From: Prasinococcaceae sp. CCMP 1430
Taxonomy: Eukaryota > Plantae > Prasinodermophyta
DNA: 64,000 bases
Reading direction: 5' to 3'
NCBI GenBank assembly: GCA_013416795.1
Contig: RQSC01000027.1
Span: forward strand, 525,165 to 589,164
In this document: one piece after another, positions 21,973-32,583 of the stretch
Layout: each line of letters starts with the position of its first letter
Position numbering within the stretch: the first letter of the stretch is position 1
The notes under the pieces: model-generated
Told to the model about the DNA's origin: nothing
Database searches by the model: none
Seen by the model: the letters and a program-made list of their open reading frames with translations, nothing else
Translations under genes and position numbers: made by a program

Positions 21973-23073
21973 TTAACTATCGGGTACGCACTCCATGAGC
22001 CAGGTGTTGATGATCACCTTCTCACCAGCGCCGACAGGGGCACCACTATGCGGCATGCGCCGGTCCGCCTCGCCGTTGGCGAATGCCGGAAAGAAAACCA
22101 GCGCCGCGCCGCGCTGGGGAGCGACTGCGAGGCCACCGAGCGCCGCGTGGTGGAAGACGGTCTCGCCTCCTCGCTCTGGCTCACGCACGTACGCCACGAT
22201 CTGGGCGAGCCTCTGACCGCCGGCCGCATGGAAAGCAGCGGTCGCTTGCACGTCTGAGTCGCCTGCCAGGCGCGCGTCCTCGTGCACGCGCTGGCGTTCG
22301 CCCGCGCGGTATCGCGTGAGAAGCGTCGTCTCGAGCCTAGTGTGCTCGGTTGGGCACAGGCGGCAGAGCGCGGCGCACCGCTCGCGGAAGCGAACGTTCG
22401 CCTCCTGTGCAAGCGCGACCGTGTGGTGCGTGCTGGCGGCTGGTGAGCCGCGGGCGAGCGTCCCCTCAGAGCCGTCGGGCACACCCAGCGCCCACTTGCT
22501 TCCAGTGAATATACGCTGCGCGTGGCTAACCGCTGCTGTGACCGCGCACGTGAGCATCGCCGCGCCAGCCACAAAGGCCGCCACGCCGCACGAGTACGCC
22601 ATCGCGACCTCAGCCAGGCCACCGGAGGCATGCGCGGCGTGGGTCTGTGCAGCTGGCACGCAGCCCGCGACAAGTGCCAGTGGCGTGAGCATCGCGAGGC
22701 GAGAAACATCGAGCCGCACCGCTTCCTCGTATTGCACGCTTGGCAGCGCGGTGTCAGCGTCCGCCGCTGCCACGAGCGCGTCGCAGTCCCCGGAAGGCAC
22801 GAAGTTCAGCAGCAAGTACACAGGAGGTTCCGCGTGGAGCTGCACGACCTCTACGTCCGCGCCGAGACCGTGCAGCGCCAGCGGGGCGTACGAGCCCCCG
22901 CTGCTCCCAAACCAAGGCCCCGCCTCGTTTCGCAGCTCACCGCCTTTGCTGCTGCGGCGCTCCTCCCCTTGCCTCCACAGTGGCGCAGCAACCGTGGTCG
23001 CCGTTCCTAGCGGCAGCGTTGCGCGCGCGCGACCGCTCGCTGCGCGGCGCCCCCGGCGCGGCCGATGCGCCGC
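21973..23073 (-). CDS. Prolyl 4-hydroxylase-like 2OG-Fe(II) oxygenase (5' end crosses an N join)
   Basis: 'PPVYLLLNFV...CDAL', 'RY..GE...VHED', 'GGETVF' and 'HSGAPV..GEK....W' give the HxD..H..K motif. Confidence 0.8.
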   Translation of the reverse strand, partial: AAHRPRRGRRAASGRARATLPLGTATTVAAPLWRQGEERRSSKGGELRNEAGPWFGSSGGSYAPLALHGLGADVEVVQLHAEPPVYLLLNFVPSGDCDALVAAADADTALPSVQYEEAVRLDVSRLAMLTPLALVAGCVPAAQTHAAHASGGLAEVAMAYSCGVAAFVAGAAMLTCAVTAAVSHAQRIFTGSKWALGVPDGSEGTLARGSPAASTHHTVALAQEANVRFRERCAALCRLCPTEHTRLETTLLTRYRAGERQRVHEDARLAGDSDVQATAAFHAAGGQRLAQIVAYVREPERGGETVFHHAALGGLAVAPQRGAALVFFPAFANGEADRRMPHSGAPVGAGEKVIINTWLMECVPDS

Positions 23074-23362
23074 NTCGGGATGCCACGATGACCTGCCGTT
23101 CGTAGGGCATATTCTCTCGTAAACGTCGGCGAAGCTTTCCTTGCCCGGAAGATAGGCGGCGCGCGTCACCAGGTTGAGATTCTGTACCATTGCGGTAGAC
23201 GTGTCGCTGCCGCCCGTCACGAGGGCGCGCGGCTTGCACTCCTCGTGCAAGGGAAGCTCCAACAGCGCCCGACTGCCCGCCCCGCGCGCGCGCGAGGCTC
23301 GCAGCAGTTCTGCTGTAATTCGTTCGTTTGTGCGAAGACGCGCCGACGTCTTTTTTCGACGA

Positions 23363-23379
23363 TTTAGGGTCAGACCCTA
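23363..23379. promoter_or_regulatory. Palindromic telo-box-like pair in the P4H/ARC5 divergent promoter
   Basis: TAGGGTC-A-GACCCTA inverted repeat overlapping TTTAGGGT. Confidence 0.5.
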
Positions 23380-23661
23380 CTTATTATTCTCCGCCGCGGG
23401 GCATGGGCAGCCCCTCGCTCGACGGAGGTCGATCGCGGCCCAAAACGCACGCAAACGCGCGCGGTTGCGCGCGTTTTCAAATTTCGGCCGAAGCGCATGC
23501 GAACTGATGGCGCGCGCCGCGCGCGCGCGCGCGCGCGCTCAGCGCGTCACGCCACACCGCGCGCGGGACGACGCGCGGGCGTTGGCGAGACGCCGCCGCG
23601 CCCGCTCGACCCGGACTTCGCGCGCGTCGCCGAGGGGGGCGCCGGGGGCTACTCGCCACAC

Positions 23662-26121
23662 ATGACCGCCTCTGAGGCGTTCGCTACGGCGGCCGCCTCG
23701 CGGCGCGGCGGCAACGAGCGACTGTACGAGGCGTACAACGACCTGCACGGCCTCGCGCACGACTTCAAGAAGCCCTTCGACGCGCCGGCGATCCTGGTGG
23801 TGGGCCACCAGACCGACGGCAAGAGCGCGCTCGTCGAGGCGCTCATGGGCTTCCAATTCAACCACGTCGGCGGCGGCACCAAGACGCGGCGCCCGATCAC
23901 GCTGCACATGCAATACAATGGCATGTGCGAGAACCCGCAGTGCTTTCTGGTCAACGACGACGGCGTGGAGGCCGAGCACACGCTCGACGAGCTGCGCGAG
24001 TACATCGAGGAGGAGAACCAGCGCCTGGAGGGCGAGGCCACCCCCTTCTGGGAGAAGGAGATCATCATCAAGATCGAGTACAAGTACTGCCCGAACCTCA
24101 CCATCATCGACACTCCGGGCTTGATCGCCGCAGCGCCGGGGCGCCGCAACCACCGGATGCAGACGCAGTCGAAGCTCGTGGAGCAAATGGTCATGCGCAA
24201 GATGAAGCAGAAGGAGTACATCATGCTGTGCCTGGAGGATAGCTCGGACTGGTCCAACGCCACCACGCGCTCGCTGGTGATGAACGTTGACCCAGACCTC
24301 CAACGCACGGTCATCGTGAGCACCAAGTTCGACACGCGCATCCCGCAGTTCAGCCGCTCCTCGGACATCGAGCTCTTCATGCGGCCCCCCGCGCACATGC
24401 TCGAGACCACCATCCTCGGAGGCTCGCCGTTCTTCACCAGCGTGCCGTCGGGCCGCGTGGGTGGCACACGCGACTGCATCTTCCGCTCTAACGAGCAGTT
24501 CCGCGAGGCCGTCGCGCAGCGCGAGCTCGCCGACGTCGCCCTGCTGGAGAAGCGCATGTCCCGCCCTCTCGATCGCGAAGAGCGCTCGCGCGTGGGCATC
24601 AGCCAGCTGCGCCACTTCCTGGAGCACCTGCTGCAGCGCCGGTACCTCGAGAGCGTGCCCAGCATCGTGCCCGTCCTCGAGCACGAGCACCGCACGGCCG
24701 ACAGCAAGCTCAACGAGACTCTGATGGAGCTCGGTGCGCTCGACGCGCAGCGTCTGAAGGAGCGCGGGCGCGCCTTCCGCGAGCGATTCCTGGCTCGGCT
24801 GCAGCAGGTGGTGCGTGGCACCGCCGACGTGTCGTCGGAGACCTTCGGCGAGACGCTCGCTGATGAGCATGTGCGCGGCGGCGTGTTCGTGGGCAGCACT
24901 GAGCGCCCGCTGCGCACGCAGAAGGCCTTGCTCGATCGCCAGGTGCCGAGCGCCAAGATGCGCCTCTTCGGCGGCGCGCAGTACCATCGCGCCATTGGCG
25001 AGTTCCGCGCGATCGTGGGCTCCATGGAGTGCCCCATGCCCACGAGTGAGGAGATTGCCAACGCGTGCGGCGTCGACGACATGCACGATGGCGTCAACTA
25101 CGTGCGCACGGCCTGCGTGCTGGCGGTTGGCAAAGCGCGTCAGATCTTCGAGCCTTTCCTCTACGAGCTGGGCTACCGCCTGAGTCACGTTCAGCGGAGG
25201 ATGCTGCCGGTGGTCCTGCACATGCTCAAGCGCGACAACGCCTTCCTGTCGGGTCACGACGCGTTTCTGCAGCGTGTGGGCGCAGCCTATCACAACTTCA
25301 TCGACGAGACCGAGATCAAGTGCCGCGAGCGCTGCATGGAGGACCTCCAGTCCACCACGCGCTTCGTCACATGGAGTGTGCACAGTCACAGCGGCCGCGG
25401 TCTCAAGAACTTCCTCGCAGAGGCCCTCGGCGGCGGCCAGGGCTCTGCGGCGCGCGCGGCTGGTTCGGGGGGCGCGGGCAGCAGCGGCGAGAGGCGGGCC
25501 AGCGGCGGACGTGGTGGCAGGAACGAGGCCGCCTCGCCAACGCCCGGCTCGTCGGGGGCTTCGCCCGAGGAGGAGAACGAGCGGCTGGTCGATCTGCTCG
25601 AGAACGTGCTCTTCAACCGCGCGCCCTCGCAGTCGAGCCACGAAATCGTGACCGCGCTCGTGCGCGAGATCTTCAGGGGCATCCGCGACAACTTCATGGC
25701 GAGCGCTACGCTCAAATTCAACTGCTTCTTCCTCATGCCGATGCTGGACGCATTCCCCCAGCGCCTGCGCGAGGAGATCGAGTCCGCCTTCGACGAGGAC
25801 GTCGAGTCGGTCTTCAACGTGCGCAAGGTGCGCAACATGCTCGAGCAGCAGCAGCGCGGGCTTCGCGCCGAGCTCGACCGCATCGAGAGTTTGAAGGAGC
25901 GCTTCAGCGCCATCCACCAACAGCTCGCCACCGGACGCCGCGGGCCCGCGTCTCCGCAAGATGCAGCTGCCGCCGCTGCCACCGCGTACGCAAGCAGCGC
26001 AGCCCGCAGCCCGATGAAGGGAAGCGTCCCCCCCTCTACCGTGGGCAAGACGCCGCGCCAGCCGCTGGCGAGCGTGCAGGGCGTGGGTACCAATCTGCCT
26101 TCGACCTCGACGATGCGCTGA
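23662..26121 (+). CDS. ARC5: Chloroplast-division dynamin ARC5/DRP5B
   Basis: 'LYEAYNDLH', 'GHQTDGKSALVEALMGFQFNHVGGGTKTRRPI', DTPG and TKFD motifs, as recalled for DRP5B rather than DRP5A. Confidence 0.92.
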   Translation: MTASEAFATAAASRRGGNERLYEAYNDLHGLAHDFKKPFDAPAILVVGHQTDGKSALVEALMGFQFNHVGGGTKTRRPITLHMQYNGMCENPQCFLVNDDGVEAEHTLDELREYIEEENQRLEGEATPFWEKEIIIKIEYKYCPNLTIIDTPGLIAAAPGRRNHRMQTQSKLVEQMVMRKMKQKEYIMLCLEDSSDWSNATTRSLVMNVDPDLQRTVIVSTKFDTRIPQFSRSSDIELFMRPPAHMLETTILGGSPFFTSVPSGRVGGTRDCIFRSNEQFREAVAQRELADVALLEKRMSRPLDREERSRVGISQLRHFLEHLLQRRYLESVPSIVPVLEHEHRTADSKLNETLMELGALDAQRLKERGRAFRERFLARLQQVVRGTADVSSETFGETLADEHVRGGVFVGSTERPLRTQKALLDRQVPSAKMRLFGGAQYHRAIGEFRAIVGSMECPMPTSEEIANACGVDDMHDGVNYVRTACVLAVGKARQIFEPFLYELGYRLSHVQRRMLPVVLHMLKRDNAFLSGHDAFLQRVGAAYHNFIDETEIKCRERCMEDLQSTTRFVTWSVHSHSGRGLKNFLAEALGGGQGSAARAAGSGGAGSSGERRASGGRGGRNEAASPTPGSSGASPEEENERLVDLLENVLFNRAPSQSSHEIVTALVREIFRGIRDNFMASATLKFNCFFLMPMLDAFPQRLREEIESAFDEDVESVFNVRKVRNMLEQQQRGLRAELDRIESLKERFSAIHQQLATGRRGPASPQDAAAAAATAYASSAARSPMKGSVPPSTVGKTPRQPLASVQGVGTNLPSTSTMR

Positions 26122-26436
26122 GCAGCTTGAGCGCACGGTGGGCGAATGGCGATTGGGGCAGGAGGGGGCAGCAACGCGCTGCACAACGGAGCATGAGCGC
26201 GTTTTCAAAATATAGCGCTCGCTCTCACACGCAAGTAAGTGTACCGGCCGAGTGGATATAGAACTTCTCGCACTTGCAAGCGTTACGTCACAGTGGGCGT
26301 CCTTGTTGGCGGCACGCGCGGCCGCTGTCGCTGAGAGGCGTTGAGCCTCACAACGGACACGTTGCCCCTAGAGCACCCCGCCCCTTGATTCTGCAGGCAC
26401 TTGAAGTACATGCAAGTTACAACAAGCGCCAGGAGC

Positions 26437-26892
26437 TCACAGGCGGCCCTCCACCCCCTTGGACTGCGCAGCGCGCTCGGCAGGTCGCAGCGAGTCTTCC
26501 ACGGCGCCTAGGAGCTCGAGCGCACCGATGTGCCCGTCGGCAAGCACGGCATCGACTGCAGCCCGTGCGGCGGCGGCGTGCGCCTCTCTTTCCCTCGCGC
26601 GTTCGGCGGCGCCGGCGCCGCCTTCCTCCTCCCACCGTCCCGCCTCCACATCGCCGAGCCCCGCCGAGTGACTTGCTAACAAGTCTGGTTCTGTGCACTC
26701 GGCCGATTCAACAACTCCGTCTCTATGTGCGGTGGGGGCGGCAACAGCAGCGGCCGTCGTGGCCGCGGCGACCGCAGCCGTTGGGACGCCGGCGGCGGGC
26801 GGCCGGCCCCCCAGGGGCAGGGGCGCCGCGGGCAGCAGCGCGCCCGCCAGCCACAGCACTGCGGCTGCCGCCCGCCGCGCCCGCAAACGCAT
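26437..26892 (-). CDS. Small hypothetical, possibly secreted protein
   Basis: Signal-peptide-like N-terminus, TGTAA 16 nt after the stop, and an upstream telo-box-like site. No family recognised. Confidence 0.4.
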   Translation of the reverse strand: MRLRARRAAAAVLWLAGALLPAAPLPLGGRPPAAGVPTAAVAAATTAAAVAAPTAHRDGVVESAECTEPDLLASHSAGLGDVEAGRWEEEGGAGAAERAREREAHAAAARAAVDAVLADGHIGALELLGAVEDSLRPAERAAQSKGVEGRL

Positions 26893-27428
26893 GGCCTCTC
26901 CCCCGAACGGGGCCGAAAGGAACTGGTTGGGTAGGGCGGTGATGAGGGGGGACGGGACGGTGGGCGTGGGGGGGCGCGCCGCCCCGCGCCCCGGCGCCCC
27001 TGTGGCGCGGCGGCGCCGGGGGAACGCGAACGCGTGCCTCCGATCATCGACGCGTTTGCACGTTTGGATTGCATTACTAACCCTACTCACCGAGTATGAC
27101 CTCAACTTCTCGAAACCTAAACTTCGGCGTTTTGGGGCGGGGGAGCATTCGAACCCGGGCGGCGCCAGCCGAGGTCTGGCGGGCGGCCCGCCCCCGACCC
27201 AGGGGCTTCCCCGGTGGCCGCCCCGGGAGCCTCCGCTCGCACCGGGATCGTCCCTCCGTCAGACCGGGGTCGTTGGGTCGTTCGAGGGCAGCGGGAACGG
27301 CACACTCGGCCGCAGCGCCCAGGGTCGGGGTCGTCGGGGTCGGGGTCGGGTCGCGCGCACGGGGAGGATCCGGCGAGCGCGCGCGCGCGCGCGCGCGCGG
27401 GGGATGGAATCAGGGGCGCGCGTTCGAA

Positions 27429-28635
27429 ATGGGCGGGAGCGCGGGCGGAACCCGCGTCGGCGCAGCCCGCTCACGAAGGGGAAAAACGAAACGCGTCGCG
27501 CGCGTGCGCGCCAGCGCGCCGTCAGCGGTCGCGGCGACGGCGGTAGCAGTGGCGGCGGCGGCGGGCGCAGCTGGCGACGTGGCGCTCGCAGCGGCAGAGG
27601 AGGCGCTCTCGCAGCGCCTGGCGGCCGTGCAGAGCTCGCGCTCCGCCGAGCGCGTGCTGGGACAGGAGCACGCCCTCGCCGGCGACCCGCTCGCCGCGAG
27701 CGCGGTCGGCGCGGACGACTTCGCAGGAGGAGAGGAGGACTTCGTCTCCCAGGGCTCGGACCAAGATGACATGCTCGAGCTTGAGGAGCCGTAGCGGCAC
27801 GGCTGCGCGGAGGGCTCGGGAGTGCATGCGCCAATTCGCGTCGGCGCGCGGCGCGCGCGTGCACGGGAGGCGCGCGCCGGCACGGGCGTGCTCTTCAGCG
27901 GACTCGGTGGCGTGCGTGGGCGTTGGGGCGCGCCGCAGCCCGTCGGTGGTTGCATCGGAGATGGAGCGCTGCTACTCGCTCGTGGAGCGATGCGGACGCG
28001 GCATCGTATGGCTCGGCTCCTCGCGCGCCGAGCCCGCGCCGGCGGGCGCTCCGGCGGCCGGCCACTACGAGCGCAGCTTCGATCTTGCGCAGCGCGCGCA
28101 CGCGCTGCTTGGCGGCACGGCGTGGAGCGGCGCAGGGCCGGGGCTCATGCGTGCGGTGAGCGAGGGTGCAGTCGCCGCGGGAAGGCCCGCCGCAGGCTTC
28201 AAGATCCTCTTCGGCGAGGCGCAGCAGGCGGCGGGCGCGGACGGCTTTCAGCATCCGTACCTCAGCCGTGATATGTACGAGGTAGTGGAGTTCTTCTCGG
28301 CGCGCAAGCATGGCCTGGTGGACGCCGGCGTGCGCCACGAAGCCTCCGAGAGAACCGCATTCGTGTGCCTGCCTGGAGGGTTGGGAACGCTCGATGAGTT
28401 CTTCGAGGTCGTTTGCCTGTCGCAGCTCAGCCGCTTGGAAGGCAAGGGCAGCTCGCTCGCGTTGCCGCCCTGCCTGCTGATGAACTACGATGGTTGCTAC
28501 GACGGCGTGGAGCAGCTCGTGCGCGACGCCGAGCGGTTTGGCTACCTCAATGAGGGCGAGGCCGAGCCGCACTTTGAGGTCTGCCGCTCCAATGACGAGG
28601 CTATTGCACTGCTCGCCGACTTTTACGGCCTGTAA
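27429..28635 (+). CDS. LOG family (cytokinin riboside monophosphate phosphoribohydrolase / lysine decarboxylase-like); intron 27791-27938
   Basis: 'LGSSR', 'SGAGPGLM', 'FSARKHGL' and 'PGGLGTLDEFFE' motifs. Start uncertain. Confidence 0.85.
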
Positions 28636-28885
28636 CATGGAAACAGTTGGTGACAAGTGGCGACTGAATTATGCGCAAGCGCGCGCATCGCGTACGTGCG
28701 TGCTAAGCCGCGGATCGGCGGACTCGCTTGCGGTGTGCAGGCAACACCGTCTTTCCCGCCTACGCTCCCTCTGCCCTCGCCGTGTTCTCGTCGCTGCCCC
28801 ACTATCACTGGGAATCCGCAGCTTCTTCGGGCGCGTGAGTGGGCATCGCTGGCTGAGGCGGTGCGCCGGCCGTCGGGAGGGCACC

Positions 28886-30501
28886 CTATTCGCCGTCGGG
28901 GCATTCGCTATTCCGGATCGCCTCATACTCGTGCGATCTCCCCTGGGTGTCCACCTCGCTCTGCTTGGACCGTTTCAAATAGAGCATCCTCGCCAAACCC
29001 ACTACGCAAAACAAGAACATGGCCACGATATGGAGCACAAGGGCGATCGTTCGAAGCTTCTGCTTCTCACGAGCTCTCCGCGAAAGCAGTGGTCCGCACG
29101 GGCGCGGGGAGCACTCCGTGGCGATGCCCTTCACGTTGGAACACCTCCATCCACCGGAGTCGCCAAGGGTGAGGTTATGGACACGGACGCCTTCGATGGG
29201 GCTATCCTGCAGGCCTTCGATGTCAACTGCGAGCGCGCTGCGCTGCCCAAACCAATTCTCGAGCGTGATGCCGCTCAGGCGAGGCATTTCCGGCGCGACG
29301 TACGAGGCGTTGCACGCTGGATTGGGGTCGCCGTAGAAATCTGATACGAAGAGCGTGATGGCCACATCCTCAGAGGTCGAATTGGCGAACGTCACATTGC
29401 GGATGTACGCACCGCGAGTCGAGGAACTCTTCAGGCGCACTGCGGCGTGGCAGTTGACGAAGTGGCTGTTGACCACCGTCACGTTCTCCACGCCACCCGA
29501 CATCTGTGACGACGAGCGCGGATCCACAGGGGCTGGCTGTCAGACGCAGCCTGCGGCATCGGTTGGCAGTATGGGCACTGTCGCGCAGCGGCTGCGCATC
29601 GCACCTCTGACCCGATGCATACACCTGCAGCCTTTGGAGAGTTGACCGTGAGGTTGCGTATGAAGATGTTCCTGCTCGGCCTGCCAAACTCCAGGCCTGC
29701 GCAGTCCCAGCCGCTCTTGATGGCAACGCCATCGTCGCCCACCTGAAAGTAGCTGTGCTCGACGAGCACATCTTGGCTGCTGTCAGGGTCGAAGCCGTCA
29801 GTGTTGGGCGATGGCTGGTGGTTGAGTATTGTGAGGAAGCGAGCGGTCACATTCTCGCACGCGTAGGGGTGCACCGTCCAAAAAGGCGAGTTCACGAGCG
29901 TGACGTTGGTGATCACTAAACCGGTAGTAAACATGAGCTCTATGAGGCGTGGTCGCGTGATGTTCGTCGCAGCTTCCCTGCCGTCGAGGTGGGCATACCA
30001 CCACTCCCAGCCCGCGCCGTCGATGGTACCATTGTCGCCGGCGATCACAACGTCAGTGAGGTTGTAGCCGCCTATGAAGGGCGCGCGCCGCGGGCCCAGG
30101 TGGTCGCGTCCTGTGCCGTAGCCCGGCAACGGAGCGACTACTGGAAACCTTTCGAAGTCATCCACGGCCTTGATCGTCGCGTTTGCGCCAATCCATAGCG
30201 TACAGTTGCTCGTCAGGTTGAAGGGCGCGGACATGTACACGCCCGGACCAGGGAAGACCAGCGTCGCACCGCCATCGCGCGCATGTTTGCTCGCGTTGCG
30301 TAGAGCTGCCTCGATGCTCGCAGTGTTGTCCGTGACACCATCACCGACGGCCCCGAAGGCTCGCGCGTCGAGCGTCACCGCGCGCCCAGGAAGCTGTGTC
30401 GGCGAAGCACGCGCGGTGCCCGCGCCGCGGACCGCCAGCGACCCAAGCGTGGCGAGCAACAGCGCGCGAACCACGCGCGTGCTCCCCCCTCGCACGCGCA
30501 T
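28886..30501 (-). CDS. GH28 polygalacturonase-like protein with signal peptide and C-terminal TM; intron 29504-29604
   Basis: 'FGAVGDG', 'SPNTDG.DPDS', 'GDD.VAIKSG', 'IGSE|MSGGV.NV' and 'RLKS' motifs. Confidence 0.92.
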
Positions 30502-31055
30502 CCCGCCTCGCCACCCTTCCCCCCCCTCGCGGTCAGCACTCCCGCGTGCGACGCTTGCCAGGCAACGCGGATGAGAACGCCACAGCCTCGCTTCCCGGCA
30601 TATGTGGGCCTTCCCTTGACTCCGCCCTCTCTGCCGGCGCGCTCGCGCGCAGAGTGGCACCAGTGGCGCACCCCCCCGTGCTGCTGCTCATGTTGCGACG
30701 TAGGTGCGTACCCCACTGCTTTGCCTCGCACGCGCGCGGTCATTTTCCGCGCACCACGGCGCGGCGTTCGCACGTGTTTCGTACCGGCGGCGTGGGAAGA
30801 AAGAGCGCGCGAATCAACACCCCGGCGCGCGCGGCGCGCGCGGTCACGCGCTGCTGCGTGCCACACGGGCACACGCGGCGCGCGTGCGCACGCGGTTGTG
30901 CGAGGGAGGGAGGGGAGGGTGAGGGGAGGGGGGGGGGCGCAGCTTCCTCACGGGGGCGAGACGCGCAGCGAGGCGACGGCCTCGGGACAGGCGGCCCACG
31001 GCCCGTGCGCGGCGCAAGTGCGGGCTTTTGGTTGGTTGGTGGCGCACCGGCGGGG

Positions 31056-32446
31056 ATGTCGGCGACCGCGGGCGGCGAGATCCAACCAGAGGCGGCGCAC
31101 GCGGGGATGAGCAACGGCGATGCGGGTGGCGGCATCATCGCGCGCATGCGAGCATTTCTCGCCAGCTTCTCGCGAGGGCATTCGCTGCAGCTTCTCGAGG
31201 AAAAGGACTCGCGGCACCAGCGGCTGTGGGCATTTGCTATGCTGGGCGCTCTTTGTGGCGCGACAGCCTACAGTACCGCATTTGCTGTTGCCGTAGCTTT
31301 CGGGGCAATCGCTGATGTGCGCGCGGCGATCTACATCCTGTCGCTGGGCTGCGCGGGGACGCTCGTGTATCTCCTCGGGATGGTTGCCACTTACAATATG
31401 CTCAAGCGCCTGTTGACTTGCTACGCCGTGATGGCAATGGTCGGTGCAGCGCTCTACTTTCTGGGTTTCGTGGCGGCGATGACGGCGTCCACCACCAGCG
31501 TTGGCGAAGCAGCTTTCCTCCGCACCTGTCTCAGCTTCATCAATGCAGAGTATACGCAAAAGCCAGTCGCAGATACAATCGGGGCAGCATGGAACAGAGA
31601 GGCGTCGCACGTCTACGAAGACTCGTTTCCCAGCAACATTACAGGTGAGCGAAAAAGAGCGCCACCAGCAGAGCGCCGCCCATCTTGCTGGCCATGCGCT
31701 GACGTCTTGCGTAAGCATACATGCCATACTGCTGCCTATGCGGCGAGCACAACGAGTCCGTCCTCGGGGGCGACTGGTACGATGAGAAATGCGTGGCCAC
31801 AGTCACGTACACGGTACCCGCGCCCGGAAACGCCACCGACACAGTTGTCACAGAGTGGCCGAGCGTGCGCGCCGCGCGTTCGTGGCTGTACCAGACCTAT
31901 CCAAAGGAGTGCCGCGCACAGAAGACCAACAAGAAGGTCATTCTCCACGAGAAATCGGGCGATCCCAAAAAGCCACGACCGAACGCCAACGCTACCAACA
32001 GCAGCTCTGGCGCGGGCACGGGCGCCGGAGGGCAGCCAGGGGCGAACACGACTGCTGTGCCCTTGTACAGCACGCGCCCCAACTACTCGCTCATGACCAA
32101 GCACCTGCTAGCCGACGACTGGGACGCTGTCTTCGCCGAGTACGACTTCGAAGGGCCGGATGCGCAGACCGAATCTGCTCTGATTGCGAGGGACCTCGTG
32201 AGTCAGAAGGCAAACCCGTGCCTCTGTGACTGCGCGCAGGTCGCGGCTGCGCCGACGAACCGATCTTCAACGTCCGTCGTGGCGAAGGTTTTGGAGGCAT
32301 GGGACCCGATAGATTGCCCGGTGTACTATGACCAGCTCAGAGCGCCCACCGTCGTGCTGAGCATCCTCTGCTTGATCGTATCGCTGGCGCTGCTGTATTC
32401 ATGCCATCTTTCTTTCGAGCTCTCCAAGATGCGAGGCATGGTGTGA
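31056..32446 (+). CDS. Four-TM membrane protein with a large Cys-rich glycosylated loop (tetraspanin-like topology); intron 31645-31715
   Basis: Three N-terminal TM segments, a loop with CCLCG, CLCDC and several NxT/S sites, and one C-terminal TM. Splice phase is consistent. Confidence 0.6.
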
Positions 32447-32583
32447 GGATGCGAGTCACCTCAACGATCGCCGACGTGCACCAGAGCGACACGAGGCGCG
32501 CAAGGGCCTGCTGCGCCGCTACGTAAGACGAGCGATCACGTTTGGAAGCACTAGCTGCCTTCGTCTGGTCTATTTGGCATTAC

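Noticed and set aside
27140-27200. tRNA T-loop/B-box-like GGTTCGAAT on the minus strand
   Set aside because: Flanks do not form a T-stem or acceptor stem.
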